DNA from: Ranitomeya imitator | Taxonomy: Eukaryota | Length of the DNA: 64,000 nucleotides | Reading direction: 5' to 3' | NCBI RefSeq assembly: GCF_032444005.1 | Contig: NC_091285.1 | Location: 608,034,001 to 608,098,000 of the forward strand | In this document: piece after piece, positions 58,031 through 64,000 of the stretch | Layout: each line of letters begins with the position of its first letter | How positions within the stretch are numbered: the first letter of the stretch is position 1 | Made by a program: the position numbers and the translations under genes | Notes under the pieces: model-generated | The model's database searches: none | The model's input: only the letters and a program-made list of their open reading frames with translations | Told to the model about the DNA's origin: nothing

Positions 58031-58774
58031 TGTTATGATCTGGTGGCCTAGGAGCAGCATGAGACGGACTCCGGAGAAGGTGGTCCCTGTACTGACCGCA
58101 AACCCTGAACCTAGCAGCGCAACTAGAAGTAGCCATGGGGGGGTACCTAACACTCCCTAGACCCCTCGGCACAGCCTAAGATCTAACTACCCCTAAAGAC
58201 AGAAACAGGAAATCTATCTTGCCTCAGAGAAAATCCCCAAAGGATAGATAGCCCCCCACAAATATTGACTGTGAGAGGAGAGGGAAATCAGATTTTAGCA
58301 TAGGAGGCCATACTAGCTAAAAAGAAAGAATAGAACAGAGTACTATGCGGTCAGTATAAAAACACTAGAAAATATCCACCACAGATAATACGAATCACCA
58401 CATCTGACTAAAGACATGGGGGGTATATCTGCATCTCCAGAGAAATAGCTAGGCTGCAAAAAAACCTTCACAGACTAAGCTGGACAAGACAAAAACATGA
58501 AAATGCACAGAACTATAAGGTCCACAGCAGGTGGACAGCAAAAACAAAGCCAGGACTTATCTTTGTAGAAAAGCACAGCAAACTGGAGAGACCAGCAGGG
58601 AAGTGAATCCTTCAAAAACAATGGACAACTGGCACTGACTAAAGGATCCTGCAAAGCTATATACCCCAGTCAGTTTTGCAATTAGTAGATACACCTGTCC
58701 ACTCCTGCAGTCCAGGCACAACTGCATTACCCTCTACAACCACCGGAGGGAGCCCAAAAGCTGAATTCACAACA
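58031..58774 (-). repeat. 3' LTR (744 bp) of the chromovirus
   Basis: Direct repeat of 63545-64000. TATATA at 58658-58663. AAAGGGGGGGG PPT directly upstream on the - strand. Confidence 0.95.
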
Positions 58775-61700
58775 GTACCCCCCCCTTTGAGGGAGGGGTC
58801 ACCGAACCCTCACCAGAGCCCCCAGGCCGATCAGGATGAGCCCGATGAAAGGCACGAACCAAATCAACGGCATGGACATCAGAGGCAGAAACCCAAGAAT
58901 TATCCTCCTGGCCATAACCCTTCCACTTGACAAGGTACTGAAGCTTCCACCTCGAAAAACGAGAATCCAAAATCTTCTCAACAACATATTCCAACTCCCC
59001 ATCGACCAATATAGGGGCCGGAGGATCAACAGAGGGAACAACGGGCTCCACATATTTCCGCAACAAAGATCTATGGAAGACATTATGATTAGCAAAAGAG
59101 GCCGGAAGCGCCAGGTGAAAGGACACCGGATTAATAATCTCAGAAATCCTATAAGGACCAATAAATTGAGGCTTAAACTTAGGGGAAGAAACCTTCATAG
59201 GAACATGACGGGAAGATAACCAAACCAGATCACCAACCCGAAGCCGGGAACCAACACACCGACGACGATTAGCAAACCGCTGAGCCTCCTCCTGAGACAG
59301 CACCAAATTGTCCACCACATAAGCCCAAATCTGCTGCAACCTGTCGACCACAGAATCCACACCAGGAAGGTCAGAAGGCTCAACCTGCCCAGAAGAAAAA
59401 CGAGGATAAAATCCAAAATTACAAAAAAAAGGCGAAACCAAAGTAGCCGAACTAGCCCGATTATTAAGGGCAAACTCGGCCAATGGCAAAAAAGCCACCC
59501 AATCATCCTGATCAGCAGACACAAAGCATCTCAAATAGGTCTCCAAGGTCTGATTAGTTCGCTCAGTCTGGCCATTTGTCTGAGGATGAAATGCAGAAGA
59601 AAAAGACAAATCAATGCCCAGCTTGGCACAAAAGGCCCTCCAAAACCTAGAAACAAACTGGGAACCTCTGTCGGACACAATATTCTCCGGAATACCATGC
59701 AAACATTCCACATGCTGAAAAAACAACGGAACCAAATCAGAAGAAGAAGGCAATTGAGGCAAAGGCACCAAATGAACCATCTTAGAAAATCGGTCACAGA
59801 CAACCCAGATAACCGACATTCTTTGGGAAACAGGAAGATCGGAAATAAAATCCATAGAAATATGCGTCCAAGGTCTCTCAGGGACCGGCAATGGCAAAAG
59901 CAACCCACTAGCGCGGGAACAGCAAGGCTTAGCCCGCGCACAAATCCCACAGGACTGCACAAAAGAACGCACATCCCGTGACAAAGAAGGCCACCAAAAG
60001 GACCTACTAACCAAATCTCTGGTACCAAAAATCCCAGGATGGCCAGCCAACACAGAACAATGAACCTCAGAAATCACTTTACTAGTCCATCTATCAGGAA
60101 CAAACAGTTTCCCCACAGGACAGCGGTCAGGCTTATCAGCCTGAAATTCCTGAAGAACCCGTCGCAAATCAGGGGAGATGGCAGAAAATGCTGACCGGCT
60201 CAAGAACCCCAGGGGAATCAGGAAAAAAACTCCTAGAGAGGGCATCCGCCTTAACATTCTTAGTACCAGGAATGTACGAGACCACAAAATCAAAACGGGA
60301 AAAAAACAGGGACCATCGAGCCTGTCTAGGATTCAGCCGTTTGGCAGACTCGAGGTAAATCAGATTCTTATGATCGGTCAGGACCACAATACGGTGCTTG
60401 GCCCCCTCAAGCCAATGTCGCCACTCCTCAAATGCCCACTTCATAGCCAACAACTCCCGATGGCCGACATCATAATTGCGTTCTGCAGGCGAAAACTTCC
60501 GAGAAAAGAAGGCACACGGTTTCATCAAGGAACCATCAGAATTCCTCTGAGACAAAACGGCCCCTGCCCCAATCTCAGACGCGTCAACCTCAACCTGAAA
60601 TGGAAGAGAAACATCTGGCTGACGCAACACAGGGGCAGGAGTAAATCGGCGTTTAAGCTCCTGAAAGGCAGAAACAGCCGCGGAGGACCAATTCGTCACA
60701 TCAGCGCCTTTCTTGGTCAAATCGGTTAGAGGTTTAACCACACTGGAGAAGTTGGCAATGAAATGACGATAAAAATTAGCAAAGCCCAAGAATTTCTGAA
60801 GGCTCCTCACAGATGTGGGCTGAATCCAATCATGAATGGCCTGAACCTTAACCGGATCCATTTCTATAGATGAGGGAGAAAAAATGAAACCCCAAAAAGA
60901 AACCTGCACTCCAAAGAGGCACTTTGACCCCTTCACAAATAAAGCATTATTACGGAGGATCTGAAATACCATCCTGACCTGTTTCACATGAGACTCCCAA
61001 TCATTGGAAAAAAATCAAAATATCATCCAAATATACAACCATGAATTTATCAAGATAACTCCGAAAGATATCATGCATGAAGGATTGGAACACAGATGGG
61101 GCATTAGAGAGTCCGAATGGCATCACAAGGTATTCAAAATGGCCTTCGGGCGTATTAAATGCAGTTTTCCATTCGTCACCCTGCTTGATACGAATAAGAT
61201 TATATGCCCCTCGAAGGTCAATCTTAGTAAACCAGCTAGCCCCCTTAATCCTAGCAAACAAATCAGTAAGCAAAGGCAAGGGGTATTGAAATTTAACCGT
61301 GATCTTATTCAAGAGGCGATAATCAATACAGGGTCTCAAGGAGCCATCCTTCTTGGCAACAAAAAAGAACCCCGCTCCCAACGGTGAAGAAGATGGCCGA
61401 ATATGCCCTTTCTCCAAAGACTCCTTAATATAGCTCCGCATGGCGGTATGTTCAGGCACAGACAGGTTGAAAAGTCGGCCCTTAGGGAACTTACAACCTG
61501 GAATCAAGTCAATAGCACAATCACAGTCCCTATGCGGTGGAAGGGAACTGGATTTGGGCTCATCGAATACATCCTGGAAGTCAGACAAAAACTCAGGAAC
61601 TTCAGAAGAGGGGGAAGAGGAAATTGACATCAAAGGAACCTGATCATGAACCCCCTGACAACCCCAACTAGCCACAGACATGGATTTCCAATCTAACACC

Positions 61701-62073
61701 GGATTATGTAGCTGCAACCATGGAAAACCCAGCATAATATCATCATGCAAATTATTCAACACCAGAAAACGACAATCTTCCTGATGGGCTGGCCCCATGC
61801 ACATGGTCAGCTGTGTCCAAAACTGAGGTTTATTTTTAGCCAACGGTGTAGCATCAATGCCCCTCAAAGGAATAGGGTTCTGCAAAGGCTGCAAGGGAAA
61901 ACCACAACGTCTGGCAAATTCTAAGTCCATTAAGTTCAGAGCGGCGCCTGAATCCACAAATGCCATGACAGAAATTGATGATAATGAGCAGATCAAGGTC
62001 ACAGATAACAGAAATTTAGGTTGTATAGTACTGATGGCAACAGAACTAGCGATTCTCTTTGTACGCTTAGGGC
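58767..62073 (-). pseudogene. Chromovirus pol (PR-RT-RH-IN-chromodomain), frameshifted
   Basis: PR FVDSGA; [31 protein letters not shown]; [23 protein letters not shown]; IN H...GHPG...C..C, SMDF, SDRGSQF, QTERTNQ; chromodomain YVVEKILDSR...YLVKWKGYGQEDNSWV. Lesions are a +1 in the A7 run 61008-61014 and a deletion/frameshift near 60185. Confidence 0.93.
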
Positions 62074-62673
62074 AATAATAATAATAATAATAATAATTTT
62101 TATTTATATAGCGCCAACATATTCCGCAGCGCTTTACAAATTATAGAGGGGACTTGTACAGACAATAGACATTACAGCATAACAGAAATACAGTTCAAAA
62201 CAGATACCAGGAGGAGTGAGGGCCCTGCTCGCAAGCTTACAAACTATGGGGAAAAGGGGAGACACGAGAGGTGGATGGTAACAATTGCTTTAGTTATTCG
62301 GACCAGCCATAGTGTAAGGCTCAGGTGTTCATGTAAAGCTGCATGAACCAGTTCACTGCCTAAGTATGTAGCAGTACAGACACAGAGGGCTAATACTGCA
62401 TAAAGTGTATGAGAACATGATGCGAGGAACCTTTTTTTTTTTTTTTTATTATAAATAGGCCACACAGGGATCGTTAGGTTAATGCATTGAGGCGATAGGC
62501 CAGTCTGAACAAATGAGTTTTTAGGGCACGCTTAAAACTGGGGGGATTGGGGATTAATCGTATTAACCTAGGTAGTGCATTCCAAAGAATCGGCGCAGCA
62601 CGTGTAAAGTCTTGGAGACGGGAGTGGGAGGTTCTGATTATTGAGGATGCTAACCTGAGGTCATTAGCGGAGC
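62074..62673 (-). mobile_element. 5'-truncated L2 LINE (600 bp) inserted in the chromovirus gag
   Basis: Reverse complement of 22757-23352 with about 5 substitutions by manual comparison. (TTA)n tail at 62074-62097. ATTGC is duplicated at the junctions. Confidence 0.95.
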
Positions 62674-63408
62674 AATCAGAAATAACATGAGCAGAATCGC
62701 CGCAGTAAAAACACAACCTATTCTGACGCCTGAATGTTTGACGTTCAGCTCTAGACAAAATCCTATCACACTGCATAGGCTCAGGGCTCCACTCAGAGGA
62801 CAACGCCACAGTGTGCACAACTCTGCGCTCGCGCAAGCGCCGATCAATCTGAATGGCCAGAGACATAGAATCACTCAGACCAGCAGGCATGGGGAACCCC
62901 ACCATAACATCTTTAACGGATTCAGAAAGACCCTTTCTGAAAATTGCCGCCAAGGCATCCTCATTCCATTTAGTCAGTACAGACCATTTTCTAAATTTCT
63001 GGCAATACGATTCTGCCGCTTCTTGACCTTGACACAGGGCTAACAAGATTTTCTCAGCCTGATCCACAGAATTAGGCTCATCATACAACAACCTCAATGC
63101 CTGAAAGAACGAATCAACATTAAGCAAAGCAGGATTGCCAGATTCCAGGGAAAATGCCCAATCCTGTGGGTCACCACGCAGCAGAGATATGATGATTTTA
63201 ACCTGCTGAATAGGATCACCAGAAGACCGGGGTCTTAATGCAAAAAACAGTTTACAGTTATTTTTGAAACTCAAAAATTTGGATCTGTCACCAAAGAATA
63301 AATCAGGAGTGGGAATCTTAGGTTCTAAGTCTGAACAATGAAATCTGAAATACCCTGTACCCTAGCAGCAAGCTGATCCGCCCGAGAAACTAACTCCTGA
63401 ACATTCAT
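62674..63408 (-). pseudogene. Chromovirus gag with a CCHC zinc knuckle
   Basis: ATG at 63408 (MNVQELVSRADQLAARVQG), a frameshift near 63330, then LEPKIPTPDLFFGDRSKF...EPMQCD...CFYCGDSAHVISDC. Confidence 0.88.
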
Positions 63409-64000
63409 GTTAATACTAGATTCCGTAGCCACCCAGAGGTAAAGAGAGAGGAAAATTCCAAACAGGCTAAGGAAAAAAAAAATGGCTCAAAAGCTTCCCT
63501 CCCTTCTTCTGAGATGCAATTAACTCATTGTGGGCCAGTTGTACTGTTATGATCTGGTGGCCTAGGAGCAGCATGAGACGGACTCCGGAGAAGGTGGTCC
63601 CTGTACTGACCGCAAACCCTGAACCTAGCAGCGCAACTAGAAGTAGCCGTGGGGGGTACCTAACACTCCCTAGACCCCTCGGCACAGCCTAAGATCTAAC
63701 TACCCCTAAAGACAGAAACAGGAAATCTATCTTGCCTCAGAGAAAATCCCCAAAGGATAGATAGCCCCCCACAAATATTGACTGTGAGAGGAGAGGGAAA
63801 TCACATACGCAGATATGAAATCAGATTTTAACATAGGAGGCCATACTAGCTAAAAAGAAAGAATAGAACAGAGTACTATGCGGTCAGTATAAAAACACTA
63901 GAAAATATCCACCACAGATAATACAAATCACCACATCTGACTAAAGACATGGGGGGTATATCTGCATCTCCAGAGAAATAGCTAGGCTGCAAAAAATCCT

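Larger units (their letters stand above)
58031..64000 (-). mobile_element. Ty3/Gypsy chromovirus (Tf1/sushi-like) LTR retrotransposon; the 5' LTR runs off the window
   Basis: 3' LTR 58031-58774 (TG...CA), polypurine tract at about 58778-58790, 5' LTR from 63545; internal gag, PR, RT, RH, IN and chromodomain. Confidence 0.97.

Noticed and set aside
58799-61627. Opposite-strand and alternative-frame ORFs over the Gypsy pol
   Set aside because: Shadow ORFs with no recognisable motifs.

Overview
Vertebrate (very likely anuran amphibian; inference from the TE repertoire) genomic DNA with three N-gaps (2544-2674, 26918-27108, 34323-34516). The only host gene I can support is gfpt1 (glutamine--fructose-6-phosphate aminotransferase 1) on the + strand. 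Eighteen coding exons (exons 2-19, 27192-51741) were traced by hand, all with GT-AG introns. They give an intact 2039-nt frame that becomes a 681-aa protein once the missing 7-nt coding exon 1 (ATG-TGY-G) is added; exon 1 was not found. The rest is transposon-rich. It holds a full-length DIRS1-type tyrosine-recombinase retrotransposon (4385-9868) with perfect ITRs and an ICR, disrupted only by one homopolymer indel, and a young Ty3/Gypsy chromovirus (58031 to beyond 64000, - strand) with a Tf1-like self-priming signature and an L2 LINE fused in frame into its Gag zinc knuckle. There is also a non-autonomous Helitron (19839-23862) carrying a second L2 copy, an inverted pair of Tc1 3' halves containing a hAT MITE and a solo LTR, nested Tc1s, a decayed hAT transposase, a CR1 fragment, many PIF/Harbinger-like and TTAA (T2/Kolobok-like) MITEs, and several minisatellites. 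Most ORFs in the supplied track are spurious or TE/repeat-derived. No prokaryotic features, CRISPR arrays or RNA genes were recognised.
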